Assembly (NCBI GenBank): GCA_951406725.2
Contig: OX597820.1
Coordinates: forward strand, 85,064,001-85,128,000
Direction: 5' to 3'
From: Octopus vulgaris
Lineage: Eukaryota
DNA: 64,000 nt
Shown here: positions 52,290-64,000 of the stretch, one piece after another
Numbering within the stretch: the first letter of the stretch is position 1
Layout: the number at the start of each line of letters is the position of its first letter
Translations under genes and position numbers: made by a program
Notes under the pieces: model-generated
What the model was told of the DNA's origin: nothing
Seen by the model: the letters and a program-made list of their open reading frames with translations, nothing else
The model's database searches: none

Positions 52290-52800
52290 GTTCACTTAGC
52301 ACTTAAACATGGGAAACACAGTTGAAAATTTTCAAATACATTTATCCGCCATTCTAAACCGCCCAGGAGCCTACAGTTCCGGCTCGTTACACTGTCATTC
52401 ATGTGGAGAGTTCCCCAGTACTTGACTGAAGTACTTGGTTTATTTTCTACGTTAAATAATATTTCCTTTTGCTTTTCTTGGTTCCCAATAGCATTGATAT
52501 ATGTATCTTGATTCTTTTCCGCCAATCATACATTTTCTGAGACCCCTTTGATCTCGCATGAACATGATGTCTTCATGCAAGTTTTTTTTCAGTTCTTTCT
52601 GTGTCTTTTTTGTTTTATTTTGGATATATTTCGACAGTATGTCAAAAAGATCAGGTAGCCGCTTTTTGGTGGAGTTCTCTAGTTTCTTCTGCTCTTTAAA
52701 AAGCATTTTTATTTCTAATTTTCTTTTTCTTTTTTGTCTTCCGGTTCTTCCTTTTCTCATCGTATACTTATCAACATATTTGTAAATAAACACATTTTCT
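52290..52800 (-). mobile_element. Probable DNA transposase N-terminal fragment (hAT-like, uncertain)
   Basis: LPDLFDIL...EDIMFMRDQRGLRKCMIGG resembles the LFDI..EDxxFLxDQRxxR motif of invertebrate transposase-derived proteins. Confidence 0.45.
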
Positions 52801-53825
52801 CACAAGGGATGCGGTCATCACTGGAAATAAAAAAAAAGATTTCAAAGTACTATGAAAATGAATATTTCCTTACACTTGTATAGTCACATCTTATAGTCTG
52901 TGTAATTCCATGTTCTGTACATACAAACATTAAATATTAGGAAAATAATCTCAGAATATGAAAAAACAATTTGTGTTTGGTACTGTTTACAATTCAATCT
53001 ATTCTTTATGTATATTTAGTCAAACATAAAAAATGAGTCATCTAATAACATGTATATTATATATTTAGCTAGAACCTACTCTTCAGGGTATGAAATATCT
53101 AATAAAGCAGAACCTACTTAAATATATTTTCCAGTATCTTTCATCCTTTTGTAGGATTTATTTCTATGTTTCTTGCATGCTTCGATAGTTCAAAAGATAT
53201 ATTTTCCACGAATTACTTTGCCAAGTAGCTGCATTAGATATCCTTCCTAATCAGTGGTAAAAGGGTTCTAGTAATATTTCTCGGGTATATGTAAGTTATG
53301 TAAGAACAGTTGTCAAAATGTTGATAGGTAGACAATGAAGAAGGAAAGAGAAGGAAGAAAAAAAAGAAAAATTCTTCGTAAGGAAATTTCAATTGGTTGA
53401 CCACATCAGATTGAAAAGAACCGCGACCATCTCTCTCTCTATCTGTCTATCTCTATCTATCTGTCTATCTATCTATCCATCTATCTATCTACCCTTTCAC
53501 ATTCTTTACATATTTTCCTCTTTCTTGATTGTCCTGAAACCTCTCTCTCTCTCTCTCCCTCTCTCTGTCTTTATTTTCTCCCCCTCTTTGCTTTTCTTCT
53601 CTTCCCCCTTTTTCCAACAATAACAAAAAAATATTTTTTCTCTTTTAAGCAAAGCAAAAAACATCCGATTAATATAAATTAACATGGAAATATTCTAATT
53701 TTATCATTTTCATTTTGTCTTGACCAGTTCGATAAACGAACGAAAGAGTTGATAAAGATTATACAAAATCCTGGCTAACTCACTTTCTCAATATGGATTT
53801 CTGTACACCACTTCAAACACTCTGT

Positions 53826-54038
53826 CATGTTTGACCGTTGAAATCTGCCCATTTGTTATTCTCTCCAATTTTTTTTTTTTTCACTCTTCTCCGTTTTATT
53901 TTCCCTTTTATCCTTTCTGTCGGAAAGCGTAGGCTCGAAACGTAAAAGATTTCTCCACTTTTTCTGAGCGCTAAATTAACACACATGTTTGTTGTTCCTA
54001 CACCTGTCTTCGTCCTTTGCTTTCGGCAAATTTGAACT
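53826..54038 (+). mobile_element. Hammerhead-like mini-element, copy 3
   Basis: ctgtcggaaagcgtaggctcgaaacgtaaaagat...tgagcgctaaattaac, ending at (TA)n. Confidence 0.75.
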
Positions 54039-54074
54039 ATATATATATATATATGTGTGTGTGTGTATACATGA

Positions 54075-54127
<53 letters not shown>

Positions 54128-54134
54128 TATATGA

Positions 54135-54608
54135 AGGAGTCTGCATTGATTGCCACGGTGTCCACTCCACTGCTCGATCACTGGAATGGTATACTTATCG
54201 AGGTAATGAGTAAATAGCTTAAATAGCTGAATATTCAACAGATATTTGCAAACTTTCCCTAATTTTGAAGCGCTGTACATCCGCAATCTGGCGCCCAGCG
54301 ACTTCCATATGTTTGGTCCAATGAAAAATAGACTTCTAAAATAATGTTTTGAGAATACAGATGAGGTGAAGGTGAAGGTGACGAAGAGGATAAAACAGTG
54401 AACGACTGAATTATTTCGAAGCAACATGAATAGTTGGGTTCAACGAGGGTGTAAATGAATCGCTTGCGGCTGAGAGAGTATGACAAGTATTATCTCCATA
54501 AAGAGGAAATGTTACTCTACGAACACGATCATTTTATAAAATATTTGCGATTTAAAATGAAAAAAAAACTCATATATACATTTTTATTACTTTCAGGTAA
54601 AAGCACGT
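54135..54608 (+). mobile_element. Internally deleted mariner remnant
   Basis: PQSG/NLAPSDFHMFGPMK (YSPDLAPSDF motif) and a transposase C-terminus remnant. Confidence 0.7.
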
Positions 54609-54621
54609 GCGTGTGTTCGTG

Positions 54622-54656
<35 letters not shown>

Positions 54657-54804
54657 GAATATATATGTATATGTATGTGGAGACATATACACACAGTCTC
54701 ACACACAGGCACTCACACAAGCACATGCACACACTTATATATACATGCAAGTTAAATATTTACACACACCTACAGATAGATACATTGATATATAAATAAT
54801 TAAA

Positions 54805-54819
54805 TAGATAGATAGATAT

Positions 54820-54890
<71 letters not shown>
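54805..54890. repeat. (GATA)n microsatellite
   Basis: Direct reading. Confidence 0.97.
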
Positions 54891-55157
54891 TTGTGGACGT
54901 ATTTCTGCATATTCATATGTTATGTAGTATTTTCATGAAATGTTCAAACAAGTACATCCTTGGGTGAAATTCTCTGAATCAATTAGATGTTTCTTCTATC
55001 AATGTGTCTGAAATGGAAGAAGTAAAAGGAAGACATATAGCAACAACAACTCTATTGATAATAATAGAAGTAACAATAAACAAGATATTCTACTACTACT
55101 ACAACTAATACTAATACTACTACTAATAGTGCCGTCAGCACCACCACTACAACATCA

Positions 55158-55270
55158 ATGATGATGACGATAATGATGATGATGATGATTATGATGCCGA
55201 CGAAGACAAGGTCGAGAATGTTGATAATAATAATAATAATAATAACAATAATAATAATAACAACAACAAC

Positions 55271-55303
<33 letters not shown>

Positions 55304-55376
55304 AATAATAATAATGATAATATTAATAATAATAATGATAATAATAATAATAATAATGATAATAATAATAATAATA

Positions 55377-55463
<87 letters not shown>

Positions 55464-55522
55464 TTAAGAATAATAATAATATTAATAATAATAATAATCG
55501 TGATGATGATGATAATAATAAA
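55158..55522. repeat. Long (AAT/GAT)n microsatellite
   Basis: Direct reading. Confidence 0.97.
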
Positions 55523-55834
55523 ATGAATCGTGAAGAAACTATTTACTTTCGTGTAGCCGTAAGCAAAATATTGGTAAATATTCTTCCTAACTTATAATAC
55601 ATGACAACCATATTTATATTTTATTCTCAGCATTGTAGCTGTTGCATTTCTTTTTTTATTAATATATTTCGATTTAGTTTTTTTTTATCATTTCAAAGTT
55701 TTGTGTATGTAAGTATATGTTGAATCTTTTTTTTTTTTCATTTTATAGATATATAGTTGGATAGGTAGGTAGATAGATAGATAGACATATATATATATAT
55801 GTACATATATACATACATGTATATACATACATAT

Positions 55835-55881
<47 letters not shown>

Positions 55882-56639
55882 TGTATATATTATATTTATA
55901 TATATATAAATATATATACATACATACATATACATATATGTATATATTATATTTATATATACATGAATCCGTCATCGGAAGGTAACGCGTTCCTGATAAT
56001 CTATATATATATACATATATATATGTATATAGATAGATAAATAGATGCATACATACATACATACATACATACGTGCATACATACATAGATTTAGCTGTAT
56101 TACAAAAATGTAAAGACGCAAAACACCAGCTTCCAGCAAGGTACGTATACAAGCGAACATAGACACAGCCACATATAAGCATATATACACTCACATACCT
56201 ATTACATATACATATATATTCTGAGAGAGAGACTCATAAAAGGATAACGCGTCAGAAAGAGAGAGAGAGTCAGAGAGACAGACAGACAGAGTTCAGGGTG
56301 GCTGCAAAATACACCGTACACGCATTAACTCTGGAAACAGCCCTAAGCATATATCTGCACACATTCTTAAACCTTTATTTATCACAATATACTCTATTCT
56401 AACAACTTTATTGCACTACCTCAGCAAATATATTTAAATGCACACACACACACGCTCACACACACCTATATATATTACACAAACACACATATATTCATAT
56501 ATATATATATATATGTATGTGTGTATGTTTATGTATATATTAATATGCATATGCATACAAAAATATACACATGCATATATATATATAGATAGATAGATAT
56601 ATATAGGGATAGATAGATAGGTAGGTTGATAAGTAGATC

Positions 56640-56721
<82 letters not shown>

Positions 56722-56731
56722 CAGATAGATA

Positions 56732-56950
56732 AGGCGGCGATCTGGCAGAATCATTAGCACAACAGGGGAGATGCTTACCGATATTTCGCTCGTCGCTATC
56801 TTCTCAGTTCAAATTCCACCGAGGTCGACTTCACATATTTCATCCTTTCGGGGTCGATGAATTAATTGCCAGTTGCACCCTAGCGTTGATGTAATCAAAT
56901 ATCCGCCTCCCCACACGCATATTTCAGGCCTTGTGCCTATAGTAGAAAGG
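56732..56950 (+). mobile_element. SINE family A copy after (GATA)n
   Basis: ggcggcgatctggcagaatcattagc...gttcaaattccaccgaggtcgact...tttcatcctttcggggtcga. Confidence 0.85.
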
Positions 56951-56971
56951 ATATATCTATATATATATATA

Positions 56972-57539
56972 ATACGGGTGAGTGGATAAAAGAAAGAACA
57001 CCACTTAACCAGTTTATTGGGAGTTACATATATGAATCTAATTCATATTCGCTCATATGAGTCTACTTCAAATTCGCTGGTACTCCTGAGTTTCAAGCGT
57101 GGTGCTATTCGCCAGCCATTTTTAATCTGAATGACAGAAGTTGATTGTTATTACTGTAAGGTGGGCTGTTATTAATCGAGGAAGTCCACGCGGTGTCGTG
57201 GTTTGATGTTGGTATATGGGTAACAGTTAACTGGAAAATACCGCATGGTGAAAAGGAAATTGACCACGTGAGGGACAGGAAATAGACCACATAGCAAATA
57301 GGAAATTGTTCAGGTCTTTTGGTATATGTATAAAGGGGCATCATGTGCAAGTATATAGTTCTATATATGAGTGAGTAGAAACGCTCGTATAGTTTTGCGT
57401 GCATGTGTTTATTGATACGAGTGTGCCCATGTGTACCTGAGTCTGCGCACACACATTTAGGTTCGATGAACGCGTACACACATACACATGCATACGCACA
57501 CATGCACACACATACATGCTTACGCACGTGTATAAATGC

Positions 57540-57583
<44 letters not shown>

Positions 57584-58260
57584 GCATGCATGTACGGAGG
57601 CATATCAATGTGCACGTACACGTGTGTATTCGCGAGTATACACGCGCAAAACAAGCGTTGGGAATTGGTAAGCTTTGGGAAGTGGTAAGTGTTCGCGATT
57701 GATATACGTTGCGATTTGGCAAACGTTGAACATTGGTAAATAGCGGCCCTGCTCATGGGTTTAGGTGGTAGCCGTGACCTTGCTGCACGTGGTGCACGGT
57801 AGCAGCTAGTGCTAAGATGGTATATCCAGGTTGTCGGCAGTCAGTGGTTTTAAACTTGCGCATACCTCTAGTGACAGCAATATGGTAAATCGTATTTCTC
57901 GATGATGTGCGGGTTGTTGAAGGATATGCAGGTTTTCGTGGAGGCATGGCTGGCAGTTGGGGGTGCCACATGAATATGGTGGCTCTCTGTCGATAATAGT
58001 CCACTTGATGCTGGGTATTTCATAACGGAGACCATGGAGTCTCCAGAGAAAACGAGCCAGGGAAGTAAATTTGTCTCTGTTTCTGGATCTGAAGGAATGC
58101 ATATGCTGGGAGTATCTTCTCTTGAAGTCATTAGTTGTCGTACCCGTATAGTGCCTAGTAATTCTATCGGAAGTTGTAAGTGTGGCTCTGTATACTACGG
58201 ACCTTGAGAGGCATAAGCCTTCTAGAGAACCTCGATAGTGAAGTGAAAGCACGCTATAAA
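56972..58260 (-). mobile_element. 5'-truncated Penelope-like element: GIY-YIG endonuclease, 3' UTR and hammerhead
   Basis: ORF 57812-58252: LEGLCLSRSVVYRA...HYTGTT..FKRRYSQH..SF..TSLARFLW..IKWTII..CQPCLHE. Confidence 0.9.
57078..57118 (-). ncRNA. Minimal hammerhead ribozyme motif with one core substitution
   Basis: tgg CTGGCGA atagcaccacgctt GAAAC tcagga GTA cca, on the same strand as the GIY-YIG ORF. Confidence 0.6.
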
Positions 58261-58270
58261 AATAAAACTA

Positions 58271-58361
<91 letters not shown>

Positions 58362-58364
<3 letters not shown>

Positions 58365-58916
58365 GCCCTGATGCAGTACCAGGCAGTGGCTCTCATGGCT
58401 TCTGATCTTAACTGATTGGAAGTGTTATCATGTACATTGTTGTGTCTTGGTATAAAAGATGGGCTACAGCAAATATTCTGCTCAATACCACAGATTTGCT
58501 TGTCAGTTGTTTGACTTTAACCAGTTGAGCATGTCCCTTAGTGGCTGACGATATGTGCATCTCTGATCACGAGCAGAAGTAGTGGGGAGCAACATAGCCA
58601 TGTGTTGAGAGGGATTCTTTGGGGTTTGAATAATTGACCTATGGAAACATGGGTGGTTCTTTCAACATCCTTAACTAACCCTTATTCAGGGACCTTTCGA
58701 GCGGGATGGGCTACTCAACCTGAAGAAAATTCTAATTGAACCCCACCTGCAAGGTCATGTGCTGTTTATCTTGATATGAGATCACCATGTCGCGCACATA
58801 TGGTTGTGATGCATGTGCCTGGTGTACCCTTATCATATGGGTAGTCATGATGGGTATATTGGGCTTCGTATATATTACCCCAGTGTCACTTTGATGGCAT
58901 GAACTGCTCTCTCACT
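58362..58916 (+). mobile_element. ~555 bp non-coding element flanked on both sides by (TAA)n (Dong/R4-mobilised SINE or LINE 3' UTR)
   Basis: Bounded by (TAA)n at 58275-58361 and 58917-58930. Partial copy at 3318-3570. Confidence 0.75.
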
Positions 58917-58970
58917 CAATAATAATAATATAGATGTATATATGCATATATATGTATATATATATATATA

Positions 58971-59062
<92 letters not shown>

Positions 59063-59128
59063 AATATAAAAAAGGTCCGAATTACACAGAATAGAAATAG
59101 TATCAAACATTAAAGGTGTTGAAAAGTG

Positions 59129-59217
<89 letters not shown>

Positions 59218-59589
59218 ATGCAGAGAGAGAGAGAGAGAGAAAGTGAGAGAGTGTGTGAGAGAGAAACACATTATGCACAAGGCCGAATAGAGATAGGAAG
59301 CGATAAAATCTAGGATGTAAAACAGTTAGTCTAGTTAGAGCACGCAGTGATTATGCGCTGAGATATGGTTATGCTGAAATCTCAAAAAGAATAATGGCTG
59401 TGTGAAAAGCACTTTGTTTAAGACAGGATATGTTCCAAAGGAAGATAAATAATTATGTATGTGGCAAAGCCTTCAATCGCAAAGTCAGTTGCTGATGATC
59501 CTGTTAGTTCTTTGCCCACGTTAAAAAAGAAATATTAAAGGGCTGGGCTGGGAGATTCGTTAGGACATAATGCTCAACAGCGGGTTCTG

Positions 59590-60100
59590 CTGGCTCCAGA
59601 TTAGGGATTGTTGTGGAGAGTAGACCTCCAATATGTTTTGCATTTGGAGTAAGGGGACACATGAAGGAAAAGTGTCCCCAGAAACACGAGGTAGAAATAA
59701 TAGAAACAGAAATTCAAGAAGAGAGTACTGCTCTAGAGGAGGAAAAAATAGAGGAACAATTTACGGTGGTGAAAAGGAAAAAGAACTTAGAATCAGTACC
59801 TAAAAGCCCCAAGGAAAAAAAAAGACAAACAAAAGAGGAAGAGAACAAGATAGGAAAGAAGAAAATGGAAAATCATATGAAATATCAAGTGACATTCGAA
59901 CTTAGAAACCGTTGCCTTCAACCAGTAAGGAAGAAGGAACACGATAGAAGAATGAAAACGAAAGAGATAGCGAATTTGAGACACAGAAAATTGTGTCAGA
60001 CGAAGAGAGTGGTGAATGATATCAGAGGAAGATAACTACAGGAAGGATTTTACGAAACCTCGTAGTATACGAAAAAAGTGTTGAAATCTAAAAGAAGGTA
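59590..60100 (+). mobile_element. LINE ORF1/gag-like fragment with degenerate CCHC zinc knuckle
   Basis: VESRPPICFAFGVRGHMKEKCP, followed by charged linker and FTVVKRKK. Confidence 0.65.
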
Positions 60101-60540
60101 AGAAAGATGAAAAATTTTATCTGAGTAAAATTGGCAAGCATAGAAGGTAAGAAGGGTGTGCCGTTGGAGGGAGAAAGAGGGGAGAGATGAGTAGAACTGT
60201 TTGGAAACAAAAGAGTTGAAATATCACCACTTCAGTTTAAATACGACGAGTTGCCGCCTGTAGTAATTTTCGATGATATAGTACAATATTCGTTGTAATT
60301 TTGTGTTAAAAGAAACAAAAACAAAAAGAGATACATGACTGTAAAGTGAACTGTAATTTAAAAGAACAGTAAAATGAAACTGCTTGCTTGATGGGGTGGG
60401 GCAGTAAGCCATTCCATCCTCAGTTTTTATCATAGTCATTGTCCATTCAATATGTGTTTTATATGTATCCCAATGTCTTGTTTGTCTATCCTTGTGGTGT
60501 CCCCTCTTTAGTAAGAGACATGTGCCTAAGTAAAAGAAAT

Positions 60541-60735
60541 CGAGCTAGCAGAATCTTTAGTAGGCGGGTAAAATAGTTAGCGGCATTTCGTCTGTTCGTA
60601 CATTCAGGGCTCAAATTCCACCGTGGTCGACTTTCATTGTTTCAGGGTCAATAGTTTAAGTACTAGTGAAACACAGGGGGTGGATGCGATCAACTAATCC
60701 CCTCCCCCTAATTTGAAGATGTGTACCATTAGTGG
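60541..60735 (+). mobile_element. SINE family A copy
   Basis: cgagctagcagaatc...ggctcaaattccaccgtggtcgacttt. Confidence 0.75.
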
Positions 60736-60799
60736 AAATAATTTTATTATTGTTTATTTATTTATTCGTTTAATTTTAATCTGCAGGATTGTTACAATC

Positions 60800-62810
60800 A
60801 CTTGCCGAGAGACAACCAGCGTCCTGGAGCGAGTGAAGATTAAGATGTTACATTATAACTGAAATCTTGAGGAGCGGATGTGGCAGTAGCAAAATATCTT
60901 CATAACACATACATTTAAGTGGTTATGGTTTTTCTAAGGATGTAGCTAGTATTTATTGGCACAATCTTTTGGATTTCTCTGAGACATGTTTCTACTGGAA
61001 TCTTATCTAGATATTTTCGACATCCCCCTTTTTTTATCATACCTACGGCAACTACACTGATAGGAACAGTTCTTGCTTTAAGATGCCACATCTTTTGCAT
61101 TTCAAATTCGAGGTCCTTCAATTTAATTAATTTGTCAAATTCCTTTACAGATATATATTTTATCAGTGTGAACACTTATTTATATCTATTACTCTACAAA
61201 TATTTTCTTCCCTGTCATTAAATAATTATGCCTGGTCGATTATCTTGGATATATATATATATATTGTAAGCATGCTTTTACCTTGTGTCGCCAATATGAA
61301 ACTTTCAGTCCTGAACTTCTCAGGAACAGATGGATTTTGGCTTGGTCTACATCAGCATTTCGATTTCGAAATATATACTGCGCATGGTGAGGCTTCTGGA
61401 TCCACCTCTTCTCAATTCTTTCTGCCCGTTCTTTTTTGTAGTGTGCTTGAACTGTTTTGCTTGTGTTGTGGCAGTGGATTCAGTTTTTTTCATCTATTTC
61501 AGGGTTCATGTCAAGTTCCCTTGTGAATTTCTAGGTTTCCTTAACAAGAGAATGTAATTTTTGTTGCTTTTGAGTTAGTACACAAGCTGCAGCGTCCAGT
61601 CCTCTGTACTAGATGGATACCTCTTTACTGCTATTGCGGAGGTCTTCTAGCACTGCTTTACCTGCATCATTCCACTTCTCCCATTATCTCTAAGTAGTTA
61701 AAGACGATCATCGTGTGCATTTGGGTGCTGCATGTTCTTAGATGTTAATAGTTTTGTTGTCTTCTTGTCCAGGCGTTGGAAATCTATAATATTCCAGTTG
61801 ATGACGTTAAAACTATATTGGACTACTAGAAGTGTCAGAGTGTTAAAAGATTCGATATAAATTTTGGAGTTCAGTCTTTATTATGTGTCATATTCTCCTG
61901 CAATTCCCTTTTCTTATTTTTCCTTCATAGAAGCATTTTGTTCGTTTGAGAGATGTATCAGTGTCATGCAAAAGAGTAACGGGGAGAAGGAGTCACCTGA
62001 AAATACCGCGTTTAATGTTATGCTGTTCGATTGGCTAATCCCAATATTAAGGTTTAGAAGGAGACGTGCGTTGCACATGGCAATGCTAAATTGTGAGAAT
62101 TTGAAGACGACAGTAGAGACCTTATATATTTCAAAGGCCTTGAGCAGCCAACTATGAGGGACACTATCAAACGATTTTCTGTTCAGTATCGACCACATAC
62201 GCGGGTTCGAATACTTACGCTGGCAATTCTCTACAATTATTTTAGATATGAACAATTGATCTTTGCACCCAACGGAATTCCTGTAACAGACTTTTTCAGC
62301 CTCTGGAAGGATAGACTTCTGTTCAAGGAAAGCGTATATTCTGTCAGTTAATACAGATGTGAGGACCTTACATGTGGTGTTGAAACATGTTTCTGATTGG
62401 TATTTCTTTTTTTGAGTTGTTGTGTCTTCAGTTTTTGGTAGAAGGTATGTTGTTCCTTCAGTCAGCCAGGCAGATATTTACTCACGGTTCTGGATGATAT
62501 CAGTTAGAGATGCAGCGAAATTGTGGTGTACTTCTGTCAAACAATTCAACTAGAAGATAGGAATTCGGTCCAGTCCTGGGTTTTTCCATTTGTGAGACTT
62601 CCTAAGAACACATCTTAACTATTCTATTTCTGTTGCCTCACATTTCTGCTCCTCCAATCTCACTTCCTCACGCTCTATCCAGTCAGCTTTAGCATTAAAT
62701 CCTTTTTTGTTGCTTTATATTTTCTTTCGGAACTCTTCCATTTCTTCAGTGGTTCCTTTACTTTTGCCAATTTCCCTTCAAAATTTCTTTCCATCCGTCT
62801 TGTAGATCTT
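60800..62810 (-). mobile_element. Decayed R4/Dong-type non-LTR element (RT to RLE)
   Basis: WKNPGLDRI, WLTEGTTYLLPK, KSFDSVPHSW, FSGDSFSPLLFC and KMWHLKARTVPISV. Confidence 0.9.
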
Positions 62811-62826
62811 GTTTTTTTTGATAAAA

Positions 62827-62829
<3 letters not shown>

Positions 62830-62886
<57 letters not shown>
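62830..62886. repeat. (TTA)n microsatellite
   Basis: Direct reading. Confidence 0.98.
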
Positions 62887-64000
62887 GTTTTTCCTTCTTT
62901 CTTCATATTTTCTTCCGTTTCTCGCGGAGTGTTTTCCATACACCTAGGGCAGAGAAGGGCATTGTATGCATTCCCAGATTACACGCGCAAATTCACAGAT
63001 AACATACGTATTTAAAAATGAATAAATAAATGAATTCATGGATGGATGTTATTTTCACAGCGATAGAGCTCTTCTCAGTACATAAGCCGTTCCAGTTAAT
63101 ACGATTTTTTGCACTTCCTGTAGGGATGGTAAGCCTGGAATCATTTTCAAATAGGTTTCAGTGCCTTTTTTTATCATTCCTAGAGATCCTACAATCACTG
63201 GTACTGTAGTCGCCTTGAGATGCCACAATTTTTCAATTTCCATTAGCAGGTCTTGATATTTACTAATCTTGTCAAATTCTTTCGCCGCTATATTGTGATC
63301 ACAGGGAATACTCATGTCAATTAATAAACACATCCTTTTTGTCTGATCTTTTATAACGATATCCGGTTTCTTGGCTTTTATAGTCCAGTCGGTCTGCACG
63401 GGGAAGTCCCATAGAATCAACACATTTTCACCCTCAGTCACAGCTTCAGGATGATGTTTATACCATTTGTCAGCGGTTTTGATTTTATAATGTCGACATA
63501 TTGTCCAATGTAAATACTGGCCGACTCTGTCATGTCTTGCTTTATATTCTGCAGGTGCTAAGACTCTACACCCTGAGATTAGGTGGTCTATTGTTTCAAT
63601 CTCATCGTTACAGAATCGGCATTTTGGGTCAGCTCCATTTTTCATCACATTGGCTTGGTAATTCCGGGTAAATAAGCTTTGGTCTTGAGCAGCTAATATG
63701 AATGATAAATTTTCTGTGTTGTTCAACAAACATGTGATTTTCAAAATCTGTTTCGACATCATTTTCCGGGCTGTTTTTTCTAGGGTCATATTTTCCTTCT
63801 TCTTCAGGATCTTAAGTCGATTCGGCAGATGGTCGCCTTTCAGTTAATACTTGTGGCCCAACATTCCTCTCCCCAACTTCGTTATTTCTTTCCTGACTTG
63901 CATTTAGGTCATTCTCTACCACTTTTTTAATAGAGGTTAATTCTGTATCTGTGAGTCTGGTATTTCTGAAGATATCTCTTCTAACATTTGCTAATCTATT
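62887..64000 (-). mobile_element. R4/Dong-type element with open CCHC-RLE C-terminus, RT apparently deleted
   Basis: ORF 63055-63789: AAQDQSL, CRFC..ETIDHLISGC, RHDRVG, KPDIV..LIDMSIP, K..KY. The 3' UTR ends at (TAA)n. Confidence 0.92.

Noticed and set aside
59320-59580. Possible further L fragment (VADDPVSSL)
   Set aside because: Motif too short to distinguish from chance.
1-64000. CRISPR array or prokaryotic defence operon
   Set aside because: No regularly spaced direct repeats with unique spacers and no cas-like ORFs. The DNA is eukaryotic and repeat-rich.

Overview
AT-rich, microsatellite-dense eukaryotic DNA with no intact host gene. The SINE families and (TA)n/(TAA)n/(GATA)n load suggest an octopus genome, which is my inference. 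Recognisable mobile elements: five decayed R4/Dong-type (RLE) non-LTR retrotransposon fragments beside (TAA)n tracts, an RTE fragment, several IS630-Tc1-mariner transposons (two with both TIRs), two abundant tRNA-head SINE families, and many Penelope-like (PLE) remnants in (TA)n with inverted repeats, GIY-YIG fragments and minimal hammerhead ribozymes. The main surprise is the apparently unique sequence between these repeats. Translated by hand through stops and frameshifts, it is largely a mosaic of decayed negative-strand RNA virus genes. These are mostly L/RdRp pieces (GHP-like, KExExK..R, D..KW, QK, GDN, PxxLGG and HxxxCxxC motifs), with some possible nucleoprotein. The same motif recurs as several dissimilar sequences, so the window looks like a ~45-50 kb archive of endogenous viral elements (EVEs) from several different viruses. 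All viral calls come from manual motif reading and need profile searches. Boundaries of degraded features are approximate.
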